From the NCBI RefSeq assembly GCF_963921235.1, contig NC_086097.1:116624001-116688000 (forward strand): DNA of 64,000 nt, written 5' to 3'. Under the pieces are notes generated by a model. The model had not been told where the DNA came from. It searched no databases and was given only the letters and a program-made list of their open reading frames with translations. Shown here in pieces: positions 1 through 12,996 of this stretch (the first letter of the stretch is position 1; every line of letters starts with the position of its first letter). This DNA is from Mobula hypostoma. Its lineage: Eukaryota. The position numbers and the translations under genes are program-made.

Positions 1-410
1 TAGTGAGCCTGATTTTGGTACATTCTGCAATCTCCTATTGCTTTTCCCTTGTGCTGCCACAATATGCTTAGATTTTGTATGGATGTCATGCAAAGCTAAG
101 TGTTTCACTGTCTCTTTGTAATAATAATAAAACACTTAACACTCATTATCACAACTCATATTAACTACAGTAACACCAGGAATGTGAATTATGATCAGGA
201 ATAGGCCACTCTTCATTTCATTTCCTCATTTAATAATATTATTGCTACTCAGATAATAACCTCAGTTCTACATTCCTGTCTATGTATGCTAACCTAACAC
301 CCCCTTGCTTATCAAGTATTTACGTACCTCTGCCTTAGCAATGACCGAATACTCTTGATGTTCAACCCATCTGGGAAAGAAACAAACTCCACAACTCTTC
401 TTATACTGAG

Positions 411-690
411 GCAGCATAGTAGCATAGTGGTTAGAGCAATGCTTTACAGTACCAGCAACGGGGTTCAGTTCCCACCGCTGTCTGTTCAGGAGTTTGTACG
501 TTCTCCCTGTGACCGTGCCGGTTTCCTCCGGGTGCTCCAGTTTCCTCCTATAGTCCAAAGGTGTACCGGTCAGTAGGTTGATTGGTCATTGTAAACTGTC
601 CCGTGATTTGGCTAGGGTTAAACTGGGGGATGCTGGGTGGTGCGGCTTAAAGGGCTGGAAAGGCCTGTTCACACTAGATTCTCTCATAAA
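411..690 (+). mobile_element. tRNA-derived V-SINE (HE1-like)
   Basis: tRNA-like head (tagtggttagagca...gggttcagttccc), V-domain core 'ggtttcctccgggtgctccagtttcctcc' and CR1-like tail; related copies recur in the window. Confidence 0.8.
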
Positions 691-1584
691 AGATTGCAAA
701 CTTTTTACATTCATTCAATTAAGACCCTCACGATCTATCTTCTTCAATCAAGCCTTGATACCTTGAATTCTGGTGGACATGTGCCTATCGTGCCAGATAA
801 TCAAGACAGAAAGGACATTGGAACAGAGACTATTCAGAAGTTTGAGTTACTTCCTTCAGGTGAAAGCTGGCGAAACAAATTCTAATCATTGCAATATGTT
901 CATTAACTCTGTGATGTAGTCATTATTTAACACCAAGTTGCATGTACATGCTTTCTATTGTCAGTTTCTTTTCATACGAGCATATGAAGACTTGAATTTT
1001 GTTATTCATCTTTAGGCTTTGAATTTCCAGCATGTCAAAACTTTTTTGTCTAGGTGAATGAAATACTAGTGCTCATCTATCACAAATATTTGGAGAAAGC
1101 ACTGCAGGGTAGTTCCATGCATGTTAATGATAACACATGCTCATCTTGTGACAGTACCGCAGACATAATTTTCAAGTGTTTTGTTGAAAGAAAGAAGATG
1201 TAATTTATTTGGTGATAGGCGTGGGTGCCTTGTTGCCAAATAATTTGTTAATGAAATCTTGCTACCATTGTAGTGAAAAAGATAACTTCTGGGCAGAATC
1301 ACTGCTGGTCACTCCTTGTATCAAAGGTGAGGGATGAATCGCAGAACATAGATTGACCGAATGTGGCAAGTGGACAGGCAGCCAAATGATTGCACAGTAA
1401 ATCAATTGGGCCTCCTGCATGCAAGGGGCCCTTTCTTTCTCACGTGCTTTCAAGTGCATTTTTTTTTGATTCAGCAGCCCAGTTCATTGCTCTTTCACTC
1501 TAAGTTGCCTAGTGTGTACAGTGCTATCATGACTCAGTAAAAACACTTACCTTCTCCCTGACCTCTGCTTTCTGCTTTCTTTCC

Positions 1585-2305
1585 ATGATTCCCCTGTCCA
1601 TTTGTCCCTCCGTCCCGGCACCTACCCCTGCAAGCAGCCTAAGTGCCCATACACCTCCTCCCTTGCCTCCATTCAGGGCTCCAGGCAGCCCTTCCAGGTA
1701 AGGCAACACTTCACCTCCGAATCTGCTGGGGCACCCTATAGTGTCCAGCGCTCCCGTTGTGGCCTCCTCTACATACTGTAGGTGAGACACATCATAAATT
1801 GGAGGACAGCTTTGTCGAGCACCTCCACATCATCAACCATAAGTGGGATTTCCCAGTGGCCAAATATTTTAGTTCAGATTCCCAATCTGATATGTCAGGA
1901 TGCAGGAGCAGAACCTTATATTCTGCCTGGGTAACCTCCAACCTGATGGCATGAATATTGATTTCCCCTTCTGCTAAACAAATTTGCACCTCCGCTTTCC
2001 TCTATTCCCTACTGTGACCTTGTACCTCTTCTCAACTACCTATTACTTCCCCTGGGTCACCTCCTCCTTCTCCTATGGCACATTCTCTCTGATCAGATTC
2101 CGTCTTCTCCAGCCCTTGACCTTTCCCACCAACCTAGCTTTACCTAAAACCTTCCAGCTAGTCTCCTTCCACTTCCTCCCACCTTTTTAATCTGGCATCT
2201 TCCCCCTTTCTTCTCAGTCCTGAAGAAAGGTCTCGGCCCAAAATGTCGACTATCTATTCATTTCTATAGACAATGCCTGCCCTACTGTAGCATTTTGTGT
2301 GTGTT
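1585..2305 (+). mobile_element. Penelope-like element (Neptune type) 3' remnant: decayed GIY-YIG endonuclease plus pseudo-LTR with hammerhead motif
   Basis: Frameshifted 'FT.ESAG..Y...SRCGLLYI-GET...L.D.FVEHL' and 'EQNLIFCLGNLQPDGMNID', pyrimidine-rich spacer, then AGTC-CTGAAGA-AAGGTCTCGGCCC-AAAATGTC-GACT at 2216-2251. Confidence 0.8.
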
Positions 2306-3289
2306 CCTTTAATCTTACTCCTCCATAGCTACTACTGCTCCTTATGTATGTCACAGGGAGGCTCCAAGGCTGACATTACAAGACAAATCGTTTCTCTCAC
2401 ACTTTCACATTAGCTGACATGAAGCAAGAGTGAGAGACAACGTAAAAATGTTAAACTCTAGAGACAAAGCTAGAGAATAAATCACATTTAGTCATTTAGA
2501 AATATGCTACCTACTATTAATATAAGCAAAGCTTTAATATTTGCAGAAAGCAAAATAAAGGATAAATTAGAAACAAACCGATTAAAAAGTATTGGAATTT
2601 TTATTGTTATTGTATGTGGTAGCTCAAGAGGTTTGAATTTTATACTTTAATGATTCAAAACATAATTGAAAAAGTGGGCTAAAATAGTTGGTTTTGTCTT
2701 GTAATGGAAATGAGGACCTTGACCATATTGTGTCTTTAGCTTTTGACATCACTTATATCTTCAATTTTACCTGTTCAAGCGACTTGAGCAGATAAAAGTC
2801 AGCCTGTCCCTGTCCCTCAAAGGAGAGGTTCACTGGAACAAGAAAACAAACAAATTTGCAGCTTGCCAACAGAGACAACGGAAGACAGATGAAGGAGGAC
2901 ACTTCAATTTGATTCTGACCATTCAGAGGCTTTGATTGAAAGCACAGAGAGGGGGTGAACTTTGTACAGTGGGTGGGAGTTCTCCAAGGGCAGTTTAAAG
3001 TATCCCTGAGTGGAGGCGACTGTGTAACCCAAAGGATCTGAATAAACTGACAACAAAATTTCAGTGATTTCATGTGCATTATCAAGGTAATTGAAAACAT
3101 GGTAAAATTTAATCTACCACTAGTAGCATTATCCCAGATCCAGCACTGTGGAGGTTATTCTAAAGGCAGGATCAGCATATGGTGAGCTGTGTGGAATCGG
3201 CTGATCAGCAAAAGAGCAGAAAGAAATGGCAGTGCAGGTTTCTGTTCCCAAGCAATGTCACGAATGGTTTCTGCTACAGCAAAGCAGCG

Positions 3290-4935
3290 ACAAGGGCTTT
3301 GATGCTTCACCTTCATGCTGCGTACGATAAAATGCAAGGTTAATCCATGACCCTGTGATCTCCGTCTCGGAGGCTGGCGTCAGAACACCCTTCAGAAGGG
3401 TAAAGCCCTGAAAAACATTTGACCCAGATGGCCTTCTTGGCTGAGTACTGAAGACCCGTGCTAATCATTTGGCTGAAGTGTTTACAGACCTCTTCAACCC
3501 TTTCACTGTGGCAGTCTGAGGTACCCACCTGCTTCAAGCATACCGGTGGCCAAGGAAAACATGGTAACCTGTCTCAATGACTGTTGTCCAGTAGTACCTA
3601 TCTATGTACAATGTAATGAAATGCTTCCTGAGGTTGGCCATGAAGCATATCAGCTCTGGAACATCTGGACTGTGAGGATGCATACAACGCATCAGAATGC
3701 TCTTCATTGACTCACTCAGCATTCAACACTATCTTTTCCTCAAAACTCATCACTAAGCTCCAAGAGCTGGCCCTTAGTACCTTTCTATACAACTGGGTTC
3801 TCAATTTCCTCACACATACACTCCAGTTATTATGGATTGGCAACACCATCTCTTCTACACTGGCCATGAGCAAGGATGCACCAGAGGGCTGTGTGCTTAT
3901 CCTCCTGCTCCACTCAGTTTACACCTATGATTGTGTGGCTAGGTACAGCACCAGTACCTTGCTGATGACACCTGTTGTTGGCCAAATCAAAGGTGCTGAC
4001 AAATCAACATATTGGAGGGAGATTAAAAATCTGTTTGAATGGTACCACAAAACAAACTCTCATCAGCAAAATCAAAGAGTTGATTATTGACTACAAGAGG
4101 AAGATATCAGAGGTCCATGACCCAGAAATCATTAGGGAATTGAAGGTGGAGAGGGGCAACAGCTTTAAATTCCTTGATGTTAACATATTAAAAGATCTGT
4201 CCTGCAACCAGCACATATGGTAAGTGCCTTCACAAAGAAGGCATGACAGCTTCTCTACTTTCCTAGAAGTTTGTGTAAATTTGGCATGTCATCAAAAACT
4301 TTGATAAAGTTCTACAGATGCACATTGGGGAGTATCCTAATTGGTTGCATCATGGCCATTTATGGACACACTAATGCCCAGGAATGGAAAAAGTTACACA
4401 AAGTGGTGGACAGAACCTAGTCCATCACAGAAAAACAGCCCTCCCCACAATTGAACACATTTATGTGGGACGCTACCACCAGAAAGCATCATTCATCATC
4501 AAAGACCCCCACCAACGAAGCCATACCCGCTTCTCACCAGAGACACTGGGCAGGATGGACAGGAGCCTGAGGTCCCACACCACCATGTTCAGGAACAGTT
4601 ATTATCCTACAACAATCAGGCTCCAGAACTGGCATGGGTAACTCCACTTGCCTCAACTCTGAACTCATTCTATAACTTAAGCCATAATTTTCAAGGATTC
4701 TTTTACAACTCATGATTGATCGATCGATTGATTGATTGATTGATTATTTATTTATTTATTTGCAAAGTTTGTCTTCTCTTGCACCTTGGTTGTTAGCTAT
4801 TTTTCTATTTATATATATTTTTTGTAGATTCTGTTGTACTTCTCCCGTAAATGCCTGCAAGAAAATGAATCTCTAGGTATTATATACTTTGATATATATA
4901 TATGTATACATGCATATACTTTGATAATAAGTTGA
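3290..4935 (+). mobile_element. Rex1/Babar-clade LINE, 5'-truncated and decayed
   Basis: RT motifs 'SAFNTI..KLITKLQEL....L.NWVL.FLT', 'APEGCVL...L.S.YTYDC'; downstream 'LYFLRSL.KFGMS...FYRC'; (GATT)n/(TATT)n in the 3' UTR; tail tactttgataataa. Confidence 0.85.
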
Positions 4936-5109
4936 CTGTGAACTACTTTGAACTATGAATTTGCTTAACAGCTTACATGTGATGCTTGAAATCATGCACC
5001 TTACTTGTAACTTCATGCAAGGCTTGCAGGCCTTTCTCTCTATGGGTGACTCAATCAACTATAAAGTTTCCAAGACAATTATCATAAACAAGAAAAAATC
5101 AGGAGAGCT

Positions 5110-5310
5110 GGAAATCCAAGCAAGATACACAAAATGCTGGAGGAACTCAGCAGTCCAGGCAGTATCTATGGAAAAGAGTACAGTCAACATTTCGGCCGAG
5201 ACCTTTCGGCAGGATTGGAGAAAAAAAAAAGGTGAGAAGTAGATTTAAAAGCTGGTGGTGGAGCGAGAGTGGTTAGAGAAACACAAGGTATAGGTGAAAC
5301 CAGGAGGCTA
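5110..5310 (-). mobile_element. Penelope pseudo-LTR-derived short repeat with degenerate hammerhead motif
   Basis: acacaaaatgctggaggaactcagca...cagtcaacatttcggccgagacctttcggcagga; the reverse complement gives CTGCCGA...GAAATGTT-GACTG. Confidence 0.75.
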
Positions 5311-5319
5311 ATTTTATAA

Positions 5320-6750
5320 ATTAGATAGATTAGTTTTATTTGTCACATGCATATTGAAACATACAGTGAAATGCATTGTTTGCATCAAATCAAATCTGTC
5401 ATGGTCCGGTCCGTGAACTCCGCATTCCGGTTCACGGTCCAGTCCATCGATCCATATTCCAGGTTTTCTGGTTTTCTCTTGTCTTGTTGTGTGCCTTAAT
5501 TGAGGCACATGATTCTGATTTTGGGCTGGCTACATAAACAGCTCCTGGGTTCAGCTTCAGTTGCTGGACTGTTCCTTTCCCTTCCTTTCACCTTCCTCCT
5601 GAAGCCTCTGCCTGCATCCTCGCCCTGAAGACTTGTCAGCAACCTCTCCTGCGTCCTCACCTGTATCCTGTCATGTTCTACCGCTGGAGCAAGACCGGAG
5701 CCTTGCTATGTCTAGATAAGGAACTGTCAATCACTGTTTGGAACTGTCTCTGTGTCCACACCTTCGCTAGGTATGTCTGACTGTTTGCCACTACCTTGTG
5801 TTGAGATCTGTCTCTGTGTCCACGCCTTCACTAGGTAGGTCCAACCCTTTGCCACTAATTTGTGTTAGGAACTGTCTCTCTGTGTTCTGTGTATGAGTCC
5901 CGGCCCTACGTCCTGTTCCCAAGGAGGGGTCCCGGCTCTGTGTTCCATGTTCCTATTCTCTCAAAACCCAGGCTCTGTGTTCCTGTCTCCCTCGACCAAG
6001 CCAAGACTTCGTGTTCTTGTCCTGTCCATGTGTCTTGCCCAGCCCAGGAGTACCTTGCTTAGCCTGGTGCTGGAGTTTCCTCATCCTGTCCAAGCCATGT
6101 CCAAGAAACTCGTCCTGTCCAAGTCAAGGCTTTGTGTTCTCATCCTGTCGATATGCCTCATCCTGTGCAAGAGTTCCATGTCCTGTTCTGTAGCCATGTC
6201 CTGTCCTTGCCAAGATGCTAATCCTGAGTCCTAGCCTAGACCCCGGTTCTAGTTCTGAGTCAAGACCCAGGTTCTGGGTCCTTGTCCAGGCTTTGGTTCC
6301 AGAGTTCTGTGTCACTAGTACAGGCTCCTTGTTCCTAGTTCCTTGTCTGGGTTCCTAGCCCAGGCCCTGCATCCTAGTCTCGTCCAGGGCCTGTGTCAAT
6401 GTCCAGCATCCTTTTTTTCCCCACTTCCCTTGCTTGCTTAACTCTAGCCCTAGTCCTGTTCCTATTATGTCAGTGTCTGTGTCTTGCATTTGGGTCCACT
6501 ACCAACACCCACCCCCATGACAAAATCAGCAAGGATTCTGCCGGGCAGCCCACAAGTGTCACCATTGTAGCATGCCCGCTCCTCACCAACCCTAACCAAA
6601 CGTCATTGGAATGTGGGAGGAAGCAGAGTGCACAAAGGAAACACGTAGTGACAGTGAGAATGTACAGGTTCCTGATAAGCAGCAATGGGAATTGAACCCT
6701 GCTTGATAATCGCTGGTATTGCAACAGCATCACGCCAACCCCTAACACTA
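5320..6750 (-). mobile_element. V-SINE variant split by a solo LTR
   Basis: Tail 5320-5396 and body/head 6523-6750 join to resemble the reverse complement of the uninterrupted copy at 19060-19325. Confidence 0.7.
5397..6522. mobile_element. Solo LTR (Gypsy-like), 1126 bp, with internal tandem repeats
   Basis: Ends TGTCATGG...CCATGACA (8-bp inverted termini) flanked by exact 5-bp TSD AAATC (5392-5396, 6523-6527); no retroviral ORFs inside. Confidence 0.8.
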
Positions 6751-6974
6751 CTCAGGTAGACCATTATTTTCTCCCGTATCCCATGTAGGATTCTGGATTA
6801 ATTTGGCCCCTGCAAATGTACATGAGTAGTGGAATCTAGGCAGTAGTGGGGAAGATAGCAGGAATGTACACAGAATATAATAGATTATGATAGGATTCAT
6901 GTGAAAATGTCATCTTGATAATCAACACAGAGTTGATGTACTAATGGGCTGAATGGGCCTATTTTGGTGTAGTG

Positions 6975-7690
6975 TCTCTTCATGAAGTTCATGGTAGCTA
7001 GAATTTGAAGGCAGAATACAGCATTAATGACAGGAGTTTTGGCAGTGTGAAGGAACAGGAGGATCTTCAGAGTCCACGTCCATAGATCACTCAAAGTTGC
7101 AGCTCAAGTTGATAGGGTTGTTAAGATGGCATATGGTATATTGGACTTCTTTAGTCAGGGGGTAAGTTCAAGAGAGACCAGGTAATGCTGCAGTTGTAAA
7201 CCGTTGGAATATTGTGTTCATTATAGGAAGGATGCAGACGCTTTAGAAAGGGTGCAGAGGAGATTTACTAGGATGCTGCCTGGACTAGAAGGTCACATGA
7301 GGATAGTTTGTGTGAGGTAGGGCTTTTCTCTTTGGAGTGAAAGAGGACCGGAGGTAATTTGATAGAGGTACATAAGATGGTAAGAGGCATAGATAGAGTG
7401 GATACCCAGACTTTTTTTTTCCAGTGTGGAAATGGCTAATATAAGGGGGAATCATTTTAAGGTGATTGGAGGAAAGTATGGGGGGAGATTTTGGAGGTAA
7501 GTTCTTTTCAAAGAGAGTGGTGAACGCATGGAATACCCTGCCAGGGGTGGTGGCAGAGGAAGATACATTAGGAGCATTTAAGAAACTCCTAGATAGGCAC
7601 ATGGATGCTAGAAAAATTGAGGTTTATGTATGAGGTTAGAGCCAAAAGGCCTCTATGTTGTTGTAACGTTCTTTGTTCTGCATATGTTCC
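6975..7690 (+). mobile_element. CR1 LINE 3' fragment
   Basis: Decayed CR1 ORF2 C-terminus (LERVQRRFTRMLPGL) and 3' UTR. Confidence 0.85.
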
Positions 7691-8084
7691 ATGACTCTGT
7701 GGCTCCAAATATCTACTGCAATCAATAGTCTTTGAATCGGTCAGTCAGTCAGTAATTTAATTATTTCAGGTTTGCAGATTGGGCTTTCATTATGCTAAAC
7801 TTGGCTTTTTGTATCCATGTTGAACACATTTCATCACGAATTGCCATTCTGTAAATTCTGAAGCGGTACTGTCACACACGATTAAGTCTTGCGCAAAATG
7901 GAGGTCAACCTGCCTCATAATGCAGATGTGCAAATGTCATATTGGAAGGAAATCAGCACCCAGTGCAGCTGGCAACTGATGCTCTGCAGTCATGGCTTAT
8001 GCTATACATTGTACTTTTCTCATAATTTCCTCCAATTGCTCATCCACTAATCGACCTCACAACCCCAACCCACCAAACACAGGC

Positions 8085-8097
8085 GCGCGCGCACACG

Positions 8098-8129
<32 letters not shown>

Positions 8130-8150
8130 CGCACACACGCACACACGCAC

Positions 8151-8182
<32 letters not shown>
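8085..8182. repeat. (CA)n/(CACG)n microsatellite
   Basis: Direct reading. Confidence 0.95.
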
Positions 8183-8219
8183 TTATCAGATAATGAATAA
8201 ATATTCATAAGAAATACAA

Positions 8220-8902
8220 AAAACACATGGCAGTGCCTCTTTTTTAGAAGTTTGGCAGATTTGGCATATCATCTAAAACTTAGACAAACTTCTATAGATG
8301 TACAGTGGATAGTATCCTGAATGGTTGCATCATGGCCTGGCACGGAAACAACAATGCTCATGAATGACAAAGCCTAAAAAAGTAGTGGATGCAGCCGACT
8401 CCATCACAGGAAATGCACTCCCCGTCATTGAGCACATCTACAAGGAGTACTGCCACTAGAAAGCAGCTTCTATCATCGTCAAGTACCCCCACCATCTAAG
8501 CTATGCTCTCTTCTCACTGGAGGTACAGGAGTTTTAGGTCCCACACCACCAGATTCAAGAACAGGTATTAACCCTTCAACCAAATGGCTCCTGACCAGAG
8601 TGGACAGCTTCAGTTAGCTTAATAATGAACTAATTCCATGACCTTTGGACTCCCAGTTTCAACTCATATTCTCAATATTATGTGCTGCTTGCTTATTTAT
8701 TTGTTTGTTTGTTTGCTTGCTTGTTTGATTGATCTATTTGTTTATTTATTTATTTATTTATTGTTTTACCCGTTTCCCCTCTTTGCACATTAGCTGTTTG
8801 TCTGCCTTCATTTGCATGTAGTTTTTCATTTATTTTATTGTATTTCTTTGTTCTACTGTGAATGCCCGCAAGAAAATCAATCTTATGGTAGTATGTATTG
8901 AC
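8220..8902 (+). mobile_element. Rex/Babar 3' fragment; its tail resumes at 15726-15775 after the Gypsy insertion
   Basis: 'TNFYRCTVDSILNGCIMAWHGN'; tail ...agaaaatcaatcttatggtagtatg | gtgacatatacagtatgtactttgat. Confidence 0.8.
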
Positions 8903-11814
8903 GATTGTGTATTTAGTATTTGAGTAGTTTTGAAAATATATTATTCTATTACACATTCTTTTTTGCTTCCATAATTCATCACAGGTTATATGTAGAAGCA
9001 CAGGAACAGTATGCGTCATTAGGCTACCGCATCATAAGCGCATGCCTCACTTCAAATAAAGAACAAAGCAGACACGCATGCCCTGGCTCTGTGATTTTTC
9101 CTTTTGAATACTGTTATGTTTGGAGTTACAAAACATAATGGTGGTGACAAGAATGTTTTAATACGAACCTGAAATGACTACCTACCTGTTGAAGTGTAGT
9201 GAGACATCTGAGTTTAAAAAAATGCAACATGTTCTATCTTCGGGGTATGGTGAGGAGGAGAAGGACGGTCATTTTAAAGAAAAGTCAGAAAACAGATGAA
9301 ATTCATGGGTTCATAAATAGTGAGTGCTGTGTGATAATAATAAATTCTTAAAAAGCAGAAATGGCTGGCTACATCAGAAAGATGCAGAAGACATGTTCAA
9401 TTGTACAACAAATAAATAGATTTTGTATAACGAGCAAATTAAGCAGTATTTGGAAGCAAATAAGATAGCCAATGAGAATAAAGTGCCAGTTTTTCTGAGT
9501 ACAATTGTTGGATGAGCATACAGTTTTCTTAGAAGTTTTCCAATGAAACCAGCCAAAATGAGCTTTGCTGATTTTTATGAAAGTTATGTAGGAACATTTA
9601 AAACCAAAACCATTTTTGACTGCAGAATGTCTTAGTTTCATAAATGGAATCAGAAGGGTTGGAAGTCTATTTCAGAATATGTGGCTGAACAGAAGAAATT
9701 ATTTAAGCATTGGAACTTCAGTAAAGGGCTTAATGACGCAATGAGAAAGCGTTTAGTTTGTGGTCTCTTCATTCAAAAACGGCACCTAACTGAGGCAAAA
9801 CTCATATTTAAAAGAGCAGTTGAAATTGCTGCAACAATGGTGTTTTGTTTATTTAATATTTCAGTAATATTTGAGTAATGTGAATATGTTGTTTGATTAA
9901 GCATTCTTTGATGTTTACATGTTCATTATGGGTTATATGTAAAAGTACATGAATGGCATTTGATATTACACCATCACAACATATGTGCATGGCTTGCTAA
10001 CGTAAAGAACAAAGAGTAATGTTTATCCATGTCTCCGGTGTTTTTGATTAATTTATGGATTTACAAAACATAACAGTAGTGATGAGGAAGATTTAAAATA
10101 AACCTGAGATGACTACTTACCTGTTGAAATGCAGCGAGACAGTCCAGTTAAAAAAGGCAAAAAATTGACAAAATTCACAGGTTCATAAACAGTAATAACA
10201 AGAAGATTATACTAAAAAGATACAAAGCAGAAATGGCTGGCTACATCAGAAAGACAGATGTGTTTGATTGCACAAAAGATAACTGGTTGATGTATAATCA
10301 GCAAATTCAGCAGCATTTTGAAGCAAATAAAGTAGCCAATGACAAGCGATTGCCAGATTTGTTGAATGTAATAGGTGCAAGAGCATAGAGCTTTCTTAGA
10401 ATATTAACTGCACCAACCAAACCAGCTGAAAGTAATGGAGGAACATTTAAAATCAAAACTATTGCTGACTGCAGAACCCCTTCGGCTCATAAGTGGAATC
10501 AAAAGGAAGGGCAGTTTCTTTTCGCATACAGTATGTGGCTGAATTGAAGAAGTTATCTGAAAACTACCAGTTCAGTGATGGGCTGAAGGAGGTATTGAAT
10601 GATTATTTAGTTGCTGCGATCTTACAATAAGCTATTCCAAAACAGCTCCTAACTGAAGCATAACTCACATTTAAAAGGGCAGTCAATATGATTGTATCGA
10701 TGGAAACAGTAAACAGAGATGCAATTGAGTTACAGTGAGGAATGAAAGTCAGCATGAACAAAATTGCGATGACTAAACAGAAACTAGCCTGGCTGGGGCT
10801 CACGTACACTGGACCAATGCAGGTTTTCAGGTGTTGCAGAAAGTGCAAGAAATAGACTGCTCAGGAAAGAGAAGAAGATAAAAAGTCAATTAGCAGTTTC
10901 AAAAAGAGGACTAATCTGCATGCTGATGAAAAATCTGATAATGGTGAGAGTGATAAAGGTCAGGGAAGCTTTGATATTTACAATGTGAAAATTAACAAGA
11001 GACAAGCAATATGGCTTACGCCAGAAGTGAATGGCAAATTAACTAAAATGGAATTGGGCACTACCTTGGCTATTTCAGTCATTCCACAAAATAAGTTTAA
11101 ATGTCATCTCAAAGATACTGAACAGATTTCAAACTAAGAACATGCGGTATACTGGGGAAAAGATAACTCCTGTGTGAATAACATTCATAACAGTGAAATA
11201 CAACAACTATCAAGCCACATTAGGTTTCTAATGTGGTTAAAACAGAAGGACCAGCACTTGGGGCCATGATTCGTTGAGACAATGACAACTTGACTGGAGA
11301 TCCTTCCATAATTTACATCCCCTGTGATAGAGTCAACTGGAAGTGAATTAGGGACGATTCTAGATAATGCCACAGAAAACTCAACATATCAAGGGTAAAA
11401 GAGTACTAAGTTTAAATGCCGCACCCAAGTTTTACAAAGACCATCTGGTTCCTTATACAATCTGGGATAAATTACCAGGGAGTTAGATCACATGGAGACT
11501 GAAGGAATTCTTTCCACAATTGTGTGAAGCCCATGGGCAATGCCAGTGGTCCCAGTAGCCAAGAAGAATGGGTCTGTCAGGATCTGTGGTAAATTTAAGG
11601 TCTCCATCAACTCAGTACTGAAAGTAAATCAATACCCTCTTTCCAGGATAGAGGATACCTTTGCAAACCTTTCTGGAGTGAAACACTTTAGCAAAGTGGA
11701 CTTAGCTAAGGCCTACATACCAAAGGATATGGAAGAAAAATCTGAAGTTCATAAACACGTTCAAAAGTCTTTATCAGTATAAAAGGCTTATCTTTGGAGT
11801 AGCATCTCCACGCA

Positions 11815-11958
11815 GCAAATTGCTGCAGTCTTTCATTGACTCTATTATCATTATTATTTTATTATGGATATATTAAGTGTGCCTGCAAGAAAATGAATTT
11901 CAGTGTTGTATCTGGTGACATATATGTGCTTTGTTAATAAATTTACTTTGAGTTCTGA
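11815..11958 (+). mobile_element. Rex/Babar 3' tail fragment inside Gypsy pol
   Basis: gcctgcaagaaaatgaatttcagtgttgtatctggtgacatatatgtgctttgttaataaatttactttga matches other Rex tails in the window. Confidence 0.7.
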
Positions 11959-12996
11959 AAGTCTTCCTGTTACATCAGAGATAATCCAAAGGAGACCAGA
12001 AAAGACCCAAACGGTCTCAGATCCACATGGCAAACGAAAATGACTGAAATATGCTGCCAAAATCCCAGTTGCCCCATTTTACCAGCACCATGATGAACTT
12101 GTCTTTGATGGGGTTTGCCTTATGTGGGGATTATGAGTTGTTGTACCATCCAAGCTGAGAGATGAAGTGTTGGAGGAGCTATAGGCCGGTGATCTATGTG
12201 CAGTCAAAATGAAAGCCTTGGCTTGAAGCTTTGTCCTGTGGCCTGGGATAGATCAGCAGATCACGCATCTTGCAATGAACTGTATGAGGTGCCAAAGCAT
12301 GCAGAAGATGGCAAAAACAGCGCCTCTCCATCCCTGGGAATTGCCTTTAAGCCCTGGCAGAGGATTCATGAAGATTTTTCCAGACCATTCATGGAGACAT
12401 ATTTCTTGTGGTAGTGGATGATGCATCTACAGAGTGGCCAGAAGTGTTCCCAATAGTCTCCACTACAGCCTTGCACACTGTTGATGTGATAAGGATCCTT
12501 TTCTCAAGGACTAGTGTTCCAGAACACCTAGTCAGTGACATTGGAACACAGTTTGTTGTGGAACAGTTTCAGTTCCTGAAAATTAATAGAATAAGACATA
12601 TTACTTTTGCACTGAACTGCCCAGCTACAAACGACTTGGCGGAAAGGTTTGTCCAGAATGTCAAGGAGGCATTCTTTGCAATGTTAGCAGAACACACCAC
12701 ATCGACACTGAATCAGAAGCTTGCCAATTTCATTAATTCATATCACAATGCAGCACACTCCACAACCAACAACTCACCAGCTATGCTGTTCCTGGGTTAT
12801 CCCCTGTGCTTATGCTTGCATCTGCTCAAGCCCAATCTCAGAAAGAGTATGCAGGAAAAACAGCAGAGATAAAGTGAGGGCTCCTCGAACAAGGAGGTTC
12901 AATGTTTCACTCTTGGAAAAGGAGTCCTGGTAAGGGACCACAGAGATTATCAAAACTGGGCACTTGGAAAGATACCTAACATTGACTAGCATCTCC

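Noticed and set aside
411..480. tRNA gene
   Set aside because: A/B-box-like head of a SINE; no complete cloverleaf.
4230..4400. Similarity to the ALKBH8 N-terminal-like (DUF1891) segment
   Set aside because: It is the standard post-RT region of Rex/Babar LINEs and recurs in several decayed copies.
5720..5885. CRISPR-like spaced repeats
   Set aside because: Degenerate tandem units in a vertebrate LTR; spacers are related to each other and no cas genes are present.
5862..6695. Several overlapping 60-113 aa ORFs
   Set aside because: Low-complexity tandem repeats inside the solo LTR; no protein motifs.
7952..7972. REST/RE1 site (atcagcacccagtgcagctgg)
   Set aside because: Left half matches but the GGACAG half has two mismatches.
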